A stretch of DNA of 64,000 bases from positions 9,510,108 to 9,574,107 of the forward strand of contig NC_068997.1 in the NCBI RefSeq assembly GCF_001194135.2, written 5' to 3'. Of the stretch, positions 37,894 through 51,494 are shown in pieces. The notes below the pieces were generated by a model, which was not told the origin of the DNA, made no database searches, and saw nothing but the letters and a program-made list of their open reading frames with translations. Each line of letters begins with the position of its first letter. The stretch's first letter is position 1. A program made the translations under genes and the position numbers. The DNA comes from Octopus bimaculoides (Eukaryota).

Positions 37894-38490
37894 CCCTTTA
37901 GCATTCAAACCAGCCAAAATATTCAACCTGTTTTACATTGAAACTGACCAGGTCTGACTTCTCACCTCAACTCTACAATGTAATTCTAACATTAAACAAT
38001 CACATCAGTGAAATCTCTAAACTACAAGATAATGCATGATTATTTAAAAAAATATAAATAAACATGGAGTGGCTGTGTGGTAAGTAGCCTGCTTACCAAC
38101 CACATGGTTCTGGGTTCAGTCCAACTGTGTGGCACCTTGGGCAAATGTTTTCTATTATAGCCTTGGGCAGACCAAAACCATGTGAGTGGATTTGGTAGAT
38201 GGAAACTGAAAGAAACCCATCATATATATATGTTTGTGAGTCTGTGTTTGTCCCCTTCACCATTGCTTGGCAACTGATGTTGGTGTGTTTACGTCCCCGT
38301 AACTTAGCAGTTCAGCAAAAGAACCTAATAAAATAAGTACTAGGCTTTCAAAGAATAAATCCTGGGGTCGATTTATTCAACTAAAGGCAGCGCTCTAGCA
38401 TGGCTGCAGTCAAATGACTGTAACAAATAAAAGAATAAAAAAAGAATAAATAAACATGATATTCGACAGATTAATCTAAACACTAAAGGC
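37894..38490. mobile_element. piggyBac-type MITE of the same family as 54577 (opposite orientation), interrupted by a SINE
   Basis: TTAA|CCCTTTAGCA ... ACTAAAGGC|TTAA; internal sequence is the reverse complement of the 54577 copy; SINE inserted at 38067-38445. Confidence 0.7.
38067..38445 (+). mobile_element. SINE family A with 13-bp TSD
   Basis: TSD ATAAATAAACATG at 38054-38066 and 38446-38458. Confidence 0.9.
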
Positions 38491-38782
38491 TTAATGTATT
38501 TTATGTAATCGTTAGATACTAGAAACTGCACAAAACATTTTTATCCTGGCAGTCTTCCTAAAAAATGCTTTAACTGAAATATCCACCATTTCTATGCATT
38601 CTTCTCGAACTGTCTATTAACCCATAAAACACCACTCTCATTGAATCTAACAAACTATTTAATTCTTCCAATTTTAATTATGAAAAATGAAAAAAATTCA
38701 TAGTAATAACTTTTCCACCATGTTGAATGTCTTTGGAAGCAAAGGCCTGGCCAGAGCAATTTAGAGGAATAACTGCTTTCTT

Positions 38783-39012
38783 ATTTCTTTATTGCCCACA
38801 AGGGGCTACACACAGAGGGGACAAATAAAGACAGACAAAGGGATTAAGTCGATTACACCAACTCCAGTACTCAACTGGTACTTGATTTATTGACCCTGAA
38901 AGGATGAAAGGCAAAGTTGATCTCAGCAGAATTTGAACTCAGAACATAACGGCAGACGAAATACTGCTAAGCATTTCGCCCCGCGTGCTAACGATTCTGC
39001 CAGCTCGCCACC
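38783..39012 (-). mobile_element. SINE family B, long-tail subfamily
   Basis: Family B body plus TTGCCCACAAGGGGCTACACACAGAGGGGACAA tail. Confidence 0.85.
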
Positions 39013-40539
39013 CCAGGTCTCTGCTTTCTGTTACACTAAAGTAGTTGAAGAGAGATTTGCCTTGTGAATGGATGGCTACAACAAATACAAAAACAATGCT
39101 GTGGGCAGTAAAAGACTGGCTTCAGGGGTCATTTCTCCAGATGCCATTTCTTCTTCTTCAGGTTAATGGATGTTTAAGTCTATGTATGTGTGCATGTCTG
39201 TATGCATGCATGTATCTGTGTATGTAATGTGTCTGTGTGTATGTGTATCAAGAAGTACACATATATATGCATAAACATGAGCTAACAATGCAGCCTCTAT
39301 GTAGTAATTCAACCAACTAGAAATAGTAGCCAAACCTCCCTGTTGGAAAAAAACACAAAAAAAAAAAAAGAATTTGGCTGTCTGAATGCAATACAAGGAA
39401 GGTCATGTTTGGAAAGGCATTTGATTCATAAATCTACTCATTTAAGGCTGACCCAGAACAGCAACCACAACAACATGCAATTATATACAACACAAAGATG
39501 TACTCTGGTATGTTGTGAGAAATAAGGAATAAAGTTTCAGAGAGATGTTCTTCACACAACACACCAACATCTGCATCTTTTATTTATAATTCCAAACTAA
39601 TTCAAACTAATGCAGAATCATTGCTGCCAACCAATTCTAATGACTGCTACTGGTTATTTATATATCACACTTTGCAATATTACAACAGAAAACTGGAAAC
39701 AGTATAAAAATATAAAGACATTAGAGTCTGTACAGATTTTATTCCTGTTACTAATCTTTATTAGTTGGTTCAATAGCTTTAACGTTCGAGTTTACATTTT
39801 GGGATATGAGACAACTGCACAGTGCTGAAATACAACAAGATAAAGCTGGACATTAAATTTTTTCTAAAATCCTGTTCAGAGAAGAATTTATTTTTAGCCG
39901 AAATAAACAGCTTTATGGCTTAGCTGAACTTTTCTCTGTTGCTCACTATTATATACGACTAGCTGGATTTTATATTCTTTTTTAAATTGCATTTTCTTTC
40001 ATAACGTTGACAGCATTCCTCTTTAGAGTTAGTCTCTAAATGTGCTATAATTTCTCTATAACCTACAGAAGTGAAATAGTTTTCCTTCAGTCTTCTTTTA
40101 AGAATGGTGNNNNNNNNNNNNNNNNNNNNNNNNNNNNNNNNNNNNNNNNNNNNNNNNNNNNNNNNNNNNNNNNNNNNNNNNNNNNNNNNNNNNNNNNNNN
40201 NNNNNNNNNNNNNNNNNNNNNNNNNNNNNNNNNNNNNNNNNNNNNNNNNNNNNNNNNNNNNNNNTGGGGGGAGAGGGAGGGGGAGAAAGAGAAAGAATAA
40301 AGAAAAGAGAGTTTGCATAGGAAAGTGAATAGAAAATGGAGGAGATAAAACTGCAAGGACTGGAAGAGTAGAGGGGTGTCAGGGTGAATAGAAGAGTAGC
40401 AAATAATAAGTGAAAAGGGGTGCAATGGAAGTAATGATAGTCTGTACAGCTTTATTTATATGAGCGAAAGAGGGCAAAGGAAAAGACACACATACATAGA
40501 GAATATTTACTGAGTGCATGTATATGGGTGTGTATGTGG

Positions 40540-40553
40540 GGGTGTATATACAT

Positions 40554-40634
<81 letters not shown>

Positions 40635-40797
40635 TATACACACACATATACACACATATATATATATACACATATATATACACATATATATATACACACA
40701 CATATACACACACATATATATACACATATATATATATACACACATATATATACACACATATATACACACACACACACATATATATACACACATATAT

Positions 40798-40850
<53 letters not shown>

Positions 40851-40940
40851 CATATACACACCTAAATATATATATATATATATATATAACACAAATATAT
40901 ACATGCACACCCAAATACAAACACACACATACACATTAGA
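40540..40940. repeat. Long compound (TA)n/(CA)n microsatellite; others at about 10290-10860, 16490-16720, 32700-33120, 33475-34070, 34560-34700, 49955-50060, 53130-53175, 53580-53700
   Basis: Direct reading. Confidence 0.95.
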
Positions 40941-41697
40941 CCGACCGACAGACAGACAGACAGACAGAACATATACAAATGCAACAAAAATAAATATAAA
41001 TCCACAAAGAAAGCAGCTAAGATGGGGGGGGGTGCAGGAGATGGGTGACCAAGTGAGAGAGGAGGAGGTGTTGATAGGTATTTACTCAATGTGACAATGT
41101 GTTCTTTCTTTATGTGGTGAAGCCTTTATAACATTTGTTTATTTATTTCAATTAAGAGAAAAGTGAAAGAATCATTGTAGGTAACAAGTTATTAGAAGAA
41201 AGGAAAGAAGAAAGGAAGAGAAAAAGGTAAATGTGGGGGTAAGTTGCGGGAGATGGGTAACAAGACATTATAGTAGGTTACAACAATATTAGTGACACTA
41301 TGGCCATGACTGTATGATTAGGGAGTTTGTGAAGTAGTGATGTGATTCCAAGTTCAAAACCACTGTGTGAAATCTTGGGCCAATGGCTTCTACCATAGCT
41401 TTAGGGTGATTCAAGTTTTGTGTATGAAGTTGTGTAGACAGAAGCATGCTGGATGGCTTGTAGATGTTTTTGGGTGGAAGATGTAATTCATTGCCCTGTA
41501 TAGCTCTATCTTTGTGACTTTAGCCCTTCGATGCATTTCGCAGAAGAGTTTACTCTGTTGTAAGCATTTAAACCAGATGTCCTTGTCAGAAGATTATTTA
41601 TGAGGTGAGTCATCGGTTTTGCTTCTCTTGGAGACCCTGCAAAACAGTTATGGTTGCTTCTATTCCTACACTAATTCCAGACATTTCACACACATAC

Positions 41698-41862
41698 ATG
41701 ATGGACTTCATTCAGTTTCTGTTTACCAAATCTACTCACAAGTCTTTGATCAACCCAGTACTATAGCAGAAAAGGACACTTGCCCAAAGTACCATGCAGT
41801 GGGACTGAACCTGAGCCCACATGGCTTGGAAGCAAGATTCTTAACCACACAGCCATGCCTGC
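41698..41862 (-). mobile_element. Partial SINE family A (further partials at about 4490-4600-, 5290-5430+, 27895-28015-, 28270-28345-, 41300-41450+, 43790-43940-, 49005-49165+, 55895-56010-, 59660-59800-)
   Basis: Shared head/body motifs CCACTGC-TGGCACCTTGGGCAAGTGTCTTCTACTATAG and CCAAATCCACTCACAAGGCTTT. Confidence 0.75.
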
Positions 41863-42349
41863 AATTATATATAAGCTGTAAATTTGAAGATCAAGTTCAC
41901 TGCACAAAGAAGTAAGGTTATTACTGCATCATTAATTCATTACAGAAGCACAAGGCATCAAACTGATACGGTCAAATGAATAATAGTGTGATAGTCATGC
42001 TTTCTCTCAAGAACAATGATTGTTTCAAATTTAGACACAAGGCCGAGGCCAGCAGTTTTAAGGAAACTGATTTAATCAATTCCAACAACTCCAGTATTTC
42101 ACTACTACTTTACTTTATTCACTGGGTATGGTGGTGGAGTGAAAGGCATAGTTGACCTTGGTGAGATTTGAACTCCAAAATATGTAAAAATCACACTGAC
42201 ATCATCTCTAATTCAGTTTACAGACAGAACAATTACCAATAGTCAACAGCATGTAGATATATGGTTTGTTTGCTTGAAGTAATGAGTTCAAATCTTTTAG
42301 AGAAGACAAGAGAAAAACTTTTCCAAATATCTTATCCGCCTTTCAACCA

Positions 42350-42406
<57 letters not shown>

Positions 42407-43596
42407 ATTTGGTGGTTTTTTTTCTTAAATAACCCAATAAGTTGTGGAAGATTACTGCTTTCATGAAAAGAGATTCGACAATAAACATATCTAAGTCCTT
42501 GACATTACAGTTTGTATTACAGCACATAATGGAACTAAGTAGAGCTGAAAACCTTATTATCTCATTTACAAACAATGTCTTTAACTCTGCAATTAGAGAT
42601 GACTTTTGTCTAAAACAAAACAAACAAAAAAGGAGTAGAGTAAAAGAAAAAGTCATGATAAAAAGAAGAAATGTCAGAGACGAAAAGACTGCATGAATAA
42701 CATAAAATCTTTTTCATTATCTTCTTAAATGGCCTTGATAACATCACATAATAAGAGTATTGTTCTAGTTTATTCCTAACAAGTTTGAATAAATTTCACT
42801 GTAATGAAGTTTTTCTAACTTCTCTTTCTTCTAAAAAATTTGGAATGAAAAGGAAGGAAACAGACAGAAAGAAATAACAAGAAAAAATATAACACTTCCA
42901 TAAAAAAACAAAATCCTTTGGACTGGATTATGATGCTAAATCTAAATTTAAAGGAGGTAGATTTAGACAAATGAATCATCCTGCTCAGGTTTACTTTCTG
43001 GTTACAGAAAAATGTGAATGAAAATAAGTAGAATCTCACAAGGTTTGAACAGCAAAAAAACTGAAGTATGAAAATAATGTAAGAAAACAGCACAGAAAAG
43101 AAATAAAGTTCCTTCTCAAGTCATATAGACTCATAAGATTGGCTTCCACAAGTTTCCATGGCAAATGTATTCCGCACCTGGATGGGACGCCAGTCCATCA
43201 CAGGATTGCTTATTTTACGAGCTGAGTGGACTGGAGCAACATAAAAATGAAGTGTTTGGCTCAAAAAACAACACGTCACCCAGTTCAGGAATCAAAACCA
43301 CAATCTTATGATCATTAGTCCAACACCCTAACCACTGAGCCAGACACCTCTCCACCAGCAGAGAGTACTTATAACAAAAACTACCAGAAATTTATGGTTC
43401 AGTTTTGAGCAAAATACAAATTCTAAGAACGTATTTTTCACTATCAAATTTGTCTTTTAGTACATCCATCTACATTACATTTTCACTGATCTATTTTGGG
43501 ATCACCTTCAAATGCAATGTTTCCAATATATTCCCAGGCCTAGAGGCTAATGTGCTAAATATGCTTAATGAGACATTGACAATACTTCAAGAAGAT

Positions 43597-43750
43597 AGAT
43601 AGACAGACGGACGGACGGACGAACAGATAGATAGATAGGTAGATAGATGGATAGATATAAGCATATAGATAGATAGATAGATAGATAGGTAGATAGATAG
43701 GTAGATAGATAGATAGATAGGTATATAGATAGATAGATAGATAGATATAT
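43597..43750. repeat. (GATA)n/(GACG)n tetranucleotide array; (GATA)n also at 44940-44990 and (TCTA)n at 28860-28985
   Basis: Direct reading. Confidence 0.95.
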
Positions 43751-44939
43751 GACAGGTTTCTTTCAGTAGATAGTAAAACACACACACAACAGGTTTCTTT
43801 CAGTTTCTAACTACTAAATCCAACCACAAGGTTTTGATCACCTTGGGGCTGTAGTAGAAGACACTTGCTTAAAGTGCCAAACGGTGGGACTGAACCTGGA
43901 GCTATGTGGTTAAGAAGCAAGCTTCTCACCATTACTACACGGCCAGAAACGAAGTTTTAACAGAGAGACATAAAGCGTAATTAATAGGATTATCTCTCAG
44001 TGTGAATAAACTAGTAAAAGTGTCAAACAGCAGGTTGTGTGACCGAAGTCAGATTAATGCACTTTCAAGGTATTTTGTTGAATCAACAACAAATAATAAA
44101 ATGAATATGTCAAGCTGACCAAGAATTGCAACCTTTTGTGCATTTTGTTCACATGGTAACTACCTATAAAACTTAGCTATCAACACAGGATTCGAGAAAG
44201 GAAGAGAGGGAGAGAAAAAATTCTTTTGATCAGTAAACCACTAAGAAGCTTTGAGAAAAACGCACACAGATAACACATACATCCATATAAATCTCAAACA
44301 CACATTATTACTATGTTTATAGAGCCAAACAAACAAAAAAAAAGGCAAAACAAAAAAAAACTCACACGCACACACAAAGGCAAATAAGGATAAAAATACT
44401 CGCAGTATGTGTTAGTGACGAGCAGGATTTGTAGCGAGTGCATGCAATATGTCCATTAGTGTTGTTTCCCTGTGCAGCTGTGCTCTGTGATATTTGTTTG
44501 ATGCATTCCGATGCAGCAGCAGCAGCAACACTCTATGGAGTTTTGGTTTCAAACCGAACACCCCCTCCTCCGTCGTCCACTTCCCCCCCCCCGTCCCCTC
44601 CCTTCAAAGGTGGGGGACAGCACAGCTGACACTATAACCTCTACTAGTTAATTCTTGGAACCGTTATTTAACTAATAAATACATCCTCCTCCCCACNNNN
44701 NNNNNNNNNNNNNNNNNNNNNNNNNNNNNNNNNNNNNNNNNNNNNNNNNNNNNNNNNNNNNNNNNNNNNNNNNNNNNNNNNNACCACCACCACCACCACC
44801 ACTTATGATTACAGATGTGTTAGCTTCAGTAATACTTATTTACATTGAATAACTTGACCCACTTTCAAAAGTTCCCATCCTGGTTGTGGTTAAAAAGATA
44901 AAAAAGAAAAGATATACATATACATACTTACACACATCG

Positions 44940-44986
<47 letters not shown>

Positions 44987-45015
44987 CAGAGAGAGACAGT
45001 GTTTATTTCTTCAGT

Positions 45016-45059
<44 letters not shown>

Positions 45060-45069
45060 NNNNNNNNNN

Positions 45070-45112
<43 letters not shown>

Positions 45113-45923
45113 AACAATTCAGAGCTGGTAAATTTAAGTAAACTTAGTAGAAACAAACAGCCTTCACTATGTTGTGGTCGTTTCAAAAGGAACTATCTCA
45201 CAGGTTTACGCAATTTATGAGACTCTTCTCTTTATGTGACATTTTATTTTATTCATCTTTCTTGTGCTTGTTATTTATATGGTGTTAGTAGCCGACAAAT
45301 ACTAAACCTGTACATTAAATATATTAAATTTCACAAGTAATTTTACTGTCAAGTAGAGATGTACTATTAATCAACAGCAAGGGAAGAAAATACTATTTAC
45401 TTTTCAACACCTTTCTTCTGAAAGAAAAGAATGGAATTATAAATTAATTTTTGTATAATAGAGTTCTTTTAAAAGACTGTTGAAGGTTCACAGGAGAGAA
45501 TTATAGTTTGGAACATAAGCTTGTTTAAACTCAATAATTTAATTGCTTTATCACAATTAGAAAAACCGCACAAATTCTCATGTGAAAAGATAATTTAGAA
45601 ATATCCATGACACCGGTTTCACAATAAACATTTCCTCCAAAGAATCTAGTTCAAGTTACAAAGTGATCGTCTCATTTTGAGGTAATTTGGAAACCAGGGT
45701 TATGCTGAAATCCTGGGATGCAGCATGGAGGATGTGAACTATTTAGGCAAATGAACTTATTGAGTTGATGGCAAATGTCACTTGATGCTGAGTGAATGGA
45801 CAACAAACTATCAACAGCCAAGATCAACCAGTTCGGTGAGTGAGCTACTGCTTTCATCTGCAGCCATGGTCTGCATACATGAGACATTCAGCTATTGAAA
45901 GACTGTTATTGGTCTTTCAATAC

Positions 45924-46004
45924 CTGAATGCAGAAACTAATACGACTTATTGGTCTGGGTCAAGTCACCCAATTGGATGATGAAGAAGAGGAGGAGGAAG
46001 CAAG
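45924..46004 (-). other. Candidate 81-nt non-coding (5' UTR) exon
   Basis: Acceptor (T)11-CACCTTAG and donor TTCAG|GTATTG in unique sequence; stops in all three frames. Confidence 0.3.
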
Positions 46005-46129
46005 CTAAGGTGAAAAAAAAAAAGCAGTTGAAGTTTGTGAGTGTCCACTTTAAAAAGACTGTTTACATAAATATTGATATTATTTCGTGATCTCTTCACC
46101 ATTCTCAGAAACATTTTTCCACCCTGAGC

Positions 46130-46460
46130 CAATACTCCTACATGGTCACGAAACCTGCTAAAATTATCAACTAAATCTACCTCAAATTACACCCTACTGT
46201 CCTTAAAAAAGTAAAAATCATTCAGTAATGTAGTTCTAGAAATATTACCCTAAAAATGGTCAAAACTGCAGTACCTTTGACCATGGGTTTGCTTACTCAG
46301 AGCTAACCAGGAGTTAACATTTTTCTTCACAACCCAATGAGGGAGTCCATATATGGTTGTTCAAGAAGCTAGAATTAATAAATAAATCTTCTTCAAATCT
46401 CACACTACTGTCTAAAAAAATGAAGGACATATTGAATAAATATTGTCCAAGATATATTAT
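46130..46460 (+). mobile_element. Repeat family F (CTGCTAGAAATAGCAGCCAAATCTCCCTCAAAT...GCCTTTGATCATAG); copies at about 23220-23460+, 24750-24930-, 27375-27540+, 35130-35335-, 49380-49550-, 60310-60430-, 60590-60790-, 62095-62295-
   Basis: Recurrent diverged motif with a (CAA)n tail at 23445; probably an old SINE. Confidence 0.65.
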
Positions 46461-46853
46461 CTTTTAACTTTCACTTATATCAGTCATTGAACTGTGGCCA
46501 TGCTGGGGCACCACCTTGAAGGGTTTAGTCGAACAAATAGACCCAAGTACTAATAAGTCAGGTAATTATTCAATCAGCCTCTTTTGTCAAACTGCTAAGT
46601 TATGTGGATGTAAACAAACCAACACTGGTTGTCAAGTAGTGGTAGGAACAGGCACAAACACAAAGATACATGCATGCACACACATACACACACATGATGG
46701 ATTTCCACACAGTTTCCATCTACCAAATGCATTCATAAGGCCTTGGTTGTCCCAGGGCTATAACAGAAGGTATTTGCAAAAGTTGCTATCTAGTGGGACT
46801 GAACCCAAAACCACATGTTTGCAAAGCAAGATTCTTAGCCACACAGCCATGCC
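46458..46853 (-). mobile_element. SINE family A, diverged full length
   Basis: Reverse complement of family A head and tail. Confidence 0.8.
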
Positions 46854-47563
46854 AGTATCTATATTATGTCTAAAAAAAAAGAAAAAAACAAAGACTGCAA
46901 TGCCTTTTATCATAGGTTTGCTGGTAATATGACCCAGGGTTAAAAAAAACATTTTCCATCATACCAACAGAAAAGAAAAAAATTTTAAATATACATGATG
47001 AGTACTGATTCCAATTAGCTATTAAGTATGAATGTGATAAAATCTGCCATATATTGTAAACTTCTATTTCAATTAATAAAATTAATTAAAAATATTTCTT
47101 CCCCACCCTTTCAAAGACTTAAAGATAAAAACTTTGAAAACTGTCCGGAAAATTTTGAGTTTGGCTTAATTTAAACCCTACACAGAATGTATTTGTAATA
47201 AATCCCAGTGGTAGTTGAATATGCCAAGCAGTATTTATTTCAGCTTGTTACATGTTGAATTCAAATTTGATAGAAGTCGACTTTGTCTTTCACCCTCCTG
47301 GGGTCAATAAATAAAGTATCAGTCCATAGCAGTGGTATGACAGAATTATTAAGAGTTTTAAAGAGGAGATCTTGCAATATTTGCTCCGGTTCTAAATCCC
47401 ACTGTGGCCTACTTAGAGAGCAGACTTAATCTATCCTCCATTTCAACACCACCACCTGGTTCATGGGTGCCTTTCGTCCACTATATTGTAAATGTTTAAG
47501 TCTTTGGTTTGAAGATATTTTTCTCCCTTTCTCCCTTCCACCAGTCTTGGAGGCCCTTTAGAG

Positions 47564-47606
47564 CAGCAGTCCCCACTCTTTGAAGCACCACAGACTGGTT
47601 TCATGC
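47564..47606 (+). mobile_element. hAT-Charlie/MER1-like terminal fragment
   Basis: CAGCAGTCCCCACTCTTTGAAGCACCACAGACTGGTTTCATG preceded by CTTTAGAG, resembling Charlie TIR and target preference. Confidence 0.4.
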
Positions 47607-47687
47607 CAAGGTGTCATATACATGGTATGGAGCTAAGCAGAAAGAATAAATTGGATAATTTTTAAAATTTTGAATTTTATTATTTTG

Positions 47688-47895
47688 GTTTCAAATTTTG
47701 GCACAAGGCCAGTAAATTCAGGGAGGAGGACGAATCAGTTACATTGACCCCAGTGCTCAACTGGTACTTATTTTATGAAGTCTGAAAGGAGGAAAGACAA
47801 AGTCAACCCCAGTGGCATTTGAACCTAGAACATAAAGACAGATGAAATTCTGCTGAGCATTTTGCCCACTGTGCTAACAATTGTAACAGCTCAAT
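47688..47895 (-). mobile_element. SINE family B (degenerate copies also at about 20220-20410-, 34300-34380-, 42020-42180-, 47225-47325+, 60840-60915-)
   Basis: Family B consensus match. Confidence 0.8.
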
Positions 47896-48274
47896 GCTGC
47901 AGAAACATCAATAGAATCAATTATCAACAGTTGGATATTTCTGATTAAATAAAGTCAATTAAATTGCTTGATTGTAGTGAGCGGAAACTCGTTATGGGGT
48001 GAGTGGACAACAAGAGAAATCTTCAGATATAGGAACTCCAACCAAACAAGTATTTTCACCCATTAGTTCTCAATAATCTGAGGGAAACAGGCCCACCTAG
48101 GTAGTGACTCCCAAGTGCTCTGCTGTTATTGCACATATGTGTGAAATAAATACTATATATATATATATATATATATCATCATCATTGCTTAATGTCCACT
48201 TTCCATGCTGGTATGGGATGGACGGTCTGACTGAGGGCTGGTGAACCAGAAGGCTACACCAGGCACCAATCTAT

Positions 48275-48308
<34 letters not shown>

Positions 48309-49949
48309 GGTACATTATAACAAACACATGAGATAAGTGTAATATATACATGCTACACCATAACAATTTCATCCAATGACTATAATGGTTACAATATTAA
48401 AAGGAAAAAAAGGACATCAATTCTAACTAGTTGTTTATTATTTTGCATGCACACACACACACACACACCTAAAACATACACACATACTCATTCATATTCC
48501 TGTTTCTGCCTTATCTACAAATCTACAGTGAATTTACCAAACACATGTTACAGAAGTTTATATTTTATCCTGTTCATGTTGACATGAAGAGGAGTCGAAG
48601 CAATTGCGATATGACAGCCTGACAATGAGGGAGTTACCATTTGTTTTTTAATCTCGACAGGACCCTCATGTGAATTCTAGAGTTGAAGATAAAAACAGGG
48701 AGTGTATAACATTTACTGATGTCTCCTAGGACATTTTTTGTTTTCAGAAGAAAAGAGTTACATCCTTTTAACTTTGCTTCATTGAGACTAGAAAATGATG
48801 ACAGCTTAAAAAGGAAATATTGCAAATAAAGAAACACCATTTTAAGAGTACACAAAATGGTTAGTCTATGAAAGAAAGATCACATATTACATAGTACCTA
48901 CCACACATTAACTAGGTTAAAAACCGTCAATGTGATTAAGGTTTGTTGTGGCTCATAAAGCTTTCAATGCCATCTTTTAATTAATCTTTTTTTAACGAAA
49001 TGAGAAACATGGCTGTGTGGTTAAGAAGCTTGCTTTGTAACCACATATTTCTAATTCAATCCCACAGCACAGCATCAGTGTCAAGTGTCTTTCACTATAG
49101 CCCCAGGTCAACCAATGGTTTGTGGGTGGATTTGGTAAATAGAAGCTGTATAGAAGCCTATCATATATGAGTGTGGGTGGGTTGTCAATGACTGTGTGTG
49201 TGTGGGGGTGTGTAATATTGCTAAAATTATAATAAAGAAATTTTAAATGCAACACTAAAGTTTCTCAACTAAAAACAATCTCCATGTTTGTTGTATGAAT
49301 ATGATCTGCATTGACTAAATCTACTTTTAGCATTAAAAATATGTTTCAGTAGAATGTAGCATTTTGTGAAGAAGCAGGTTGTTGCTAATCAGCTCTGACA
49401 GAGCAGACCTATGATCAAAATGCACTTTTGATATGGCCATTCCAAATTCTTCTTTCTTTATTTAAGACTTGTATGGTGATGTGGCTACAGTATGATTTGA
49501 CTGATATTTCTAGCAGGTCAAGTAACCACATAGAGCCTTCCTCATGGACTTGTGAAGTGGCACTGAATGTACAAGTGTAAATTTGCGACACAATGACAAA
49601 AATCAAAATTAAGAAATACAGAATTTCACACGAAGAAAAACAACAATGATCAGCAACAATTATGGAAGACAACTTCCATAATTGATAAATTCCATGGTAA
49701 TGTAGTACACTAACAAGATCAAAGCAGCTATACACACAACAAAAACAGTAGAATCAATCAATAATCTAAGACCAATATCACTACTAAACTTAACTACATC
49801 ATAATTGACTAGACAAATGTCCCCGAGGGGCTGAGTTGCTGTATGGATAAATATGTTGAACTCGGAGTAGCAAAAAAATCAATAAATATAAGAAAGCCAG
49901 AATTCACTGAGGTTACCAACAATTGTAAAGCCCTAGACACAATCACTCA

Positions 49950-50029
<80 letters not shown>

Positions 50030-50232
50030 CACACATACATATATATATATATACACACATANNNNNNNNNNNNNNNNNNNNNNNNNNNNNNNNNNNNNNN
50101 NNNNNNNNNNNNNNNNNNNNNNNNNNNNNNNNNNNNNNNNNNNNNNNNNNNNNNNNNNNNNNNNNNNNNNNNNNNNNNNNNNNNNNNNNNNNNNNNNTAT
50201 ATACACACTCACACATATATATTACATATAAA

Positions 50233-50665
50233 CAAAGTACGGTGAATAAACTATCATCTAAATTACGCAAAAATGGAAATAACACTGACATCTCATTTTA
50301 ACGGATATAGTTACCAAAATTACATAAATATATCTTGAAATACTAAAGAGTAAATTTATTCAATAAAATCGCCATTGGCTTCAACCACGGCCTCCAGACG
50401 ACTTCAGAATCTCCTGCAACTCTAAATGGTCTCCTTGTTTAAGTGGGTGAATGCTACCATAATCCTTGCCTTTTGTTCATCTTTGGTGTTTAGTTGGTCT
50501 CTCACTTAACTGTGCCCCACACATAATAATCAAGGGGGTTGCAGTTTGGGGAGTTAGGTGGCCAGATATTAGGGGTGATGTGGTTGCAGAAATTGTCTGA
50601 CAGCCATGACTGGATTCTCCTGCTTGTGTGGCAGGGTGCAGAGTCAATTTACCCATCACACCCTG
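50233..50665 (-). mobile_element. Tc1/mariner maT (DD37D) internal-deletion derivative
   Basis: TA|CAGGGTGTGATGGGTAAATT end joined directly to DSAPCHTSRRIQSWLSDNFCNHITPNIWPPNSPNCNPLDYYVWG...RLEAVVEANGDFIE*. D(50645) to D(50531) spacing is 37 aa. Degenerate opposite TIR near 50233 (12/20 match). Confidence 0.85.
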
Positions 50666-51494
50666 TATATATATACATACATATACATACATATATATAC
50701 ATATATAGTCATCTAAGAATCCATCAGTCAAAAAAAAAATGCTAATTGTATATTTAGCAATAAAATGATTGTATAAATATTTATATAAACAGTTTTATAG
50801 ATCCATTTCAGCCAATCCTACCTACATAAGTTTTTACATTCAAGGAGAATTGAGATGTGAAACACAAAACTTTCTGGTAGATGTTTCTTTGTTTAATAGA
50901 TAAACATTTCCCCCAAATGCATAAGTACAGAAAAATGTTAAGAGTTTCTATTAGCTGTGTTCCTAGTATAAAGTACTGGAGAGATGTAAGCCTTCAATGA
51001 CTTAAGGTGTAGACTGTGCTTAGTAGAGAAAAGAATTATATTACAGAACTCTGTTCACCCAGATATCAACCAAACCTAAAAGTAAAATTATCCAATCCTG
51101 CCCTCACTGGCAGAGAAATGTACTTGAACATTGGCAGAATGCAATTCGTATAAATGTTAAAGATTCCACCATAAGTACTTCCCATAACCACAATCTAGGG
51201 GTTCAGCATAAGGTTTGCCACACCCAGCTTAATACAAAAATACACACACACACACGATTTTAAGAGTAGCTCTTCCCCTTCCCCACTCCCCACCTCAGTA
51301 AACACACATCACCTCCATCCTGCCGGCACCTCAACCTCAACCCCACTCTACAGGCATTTACTTTACACACCATGATGGTGCTGTCTGATTCTTATCCAAC
51401 GAGCATGACTAGTAAACAAAAAATTTCCTCTCTAGGTTTTCCCTACAGGTTCTTTTCCATTCCAGATTTTCGATACCCACAAACCTTTCTACCA

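Noticed and set aside
40379-41094. Multiple 115-188 aa YIYI/HTHT ORFs (and similar ones at 10.5, 33.5 and 34.5 kb)
   Set aside because: Dinucleotide microsatellites lack stop codons in some frames.
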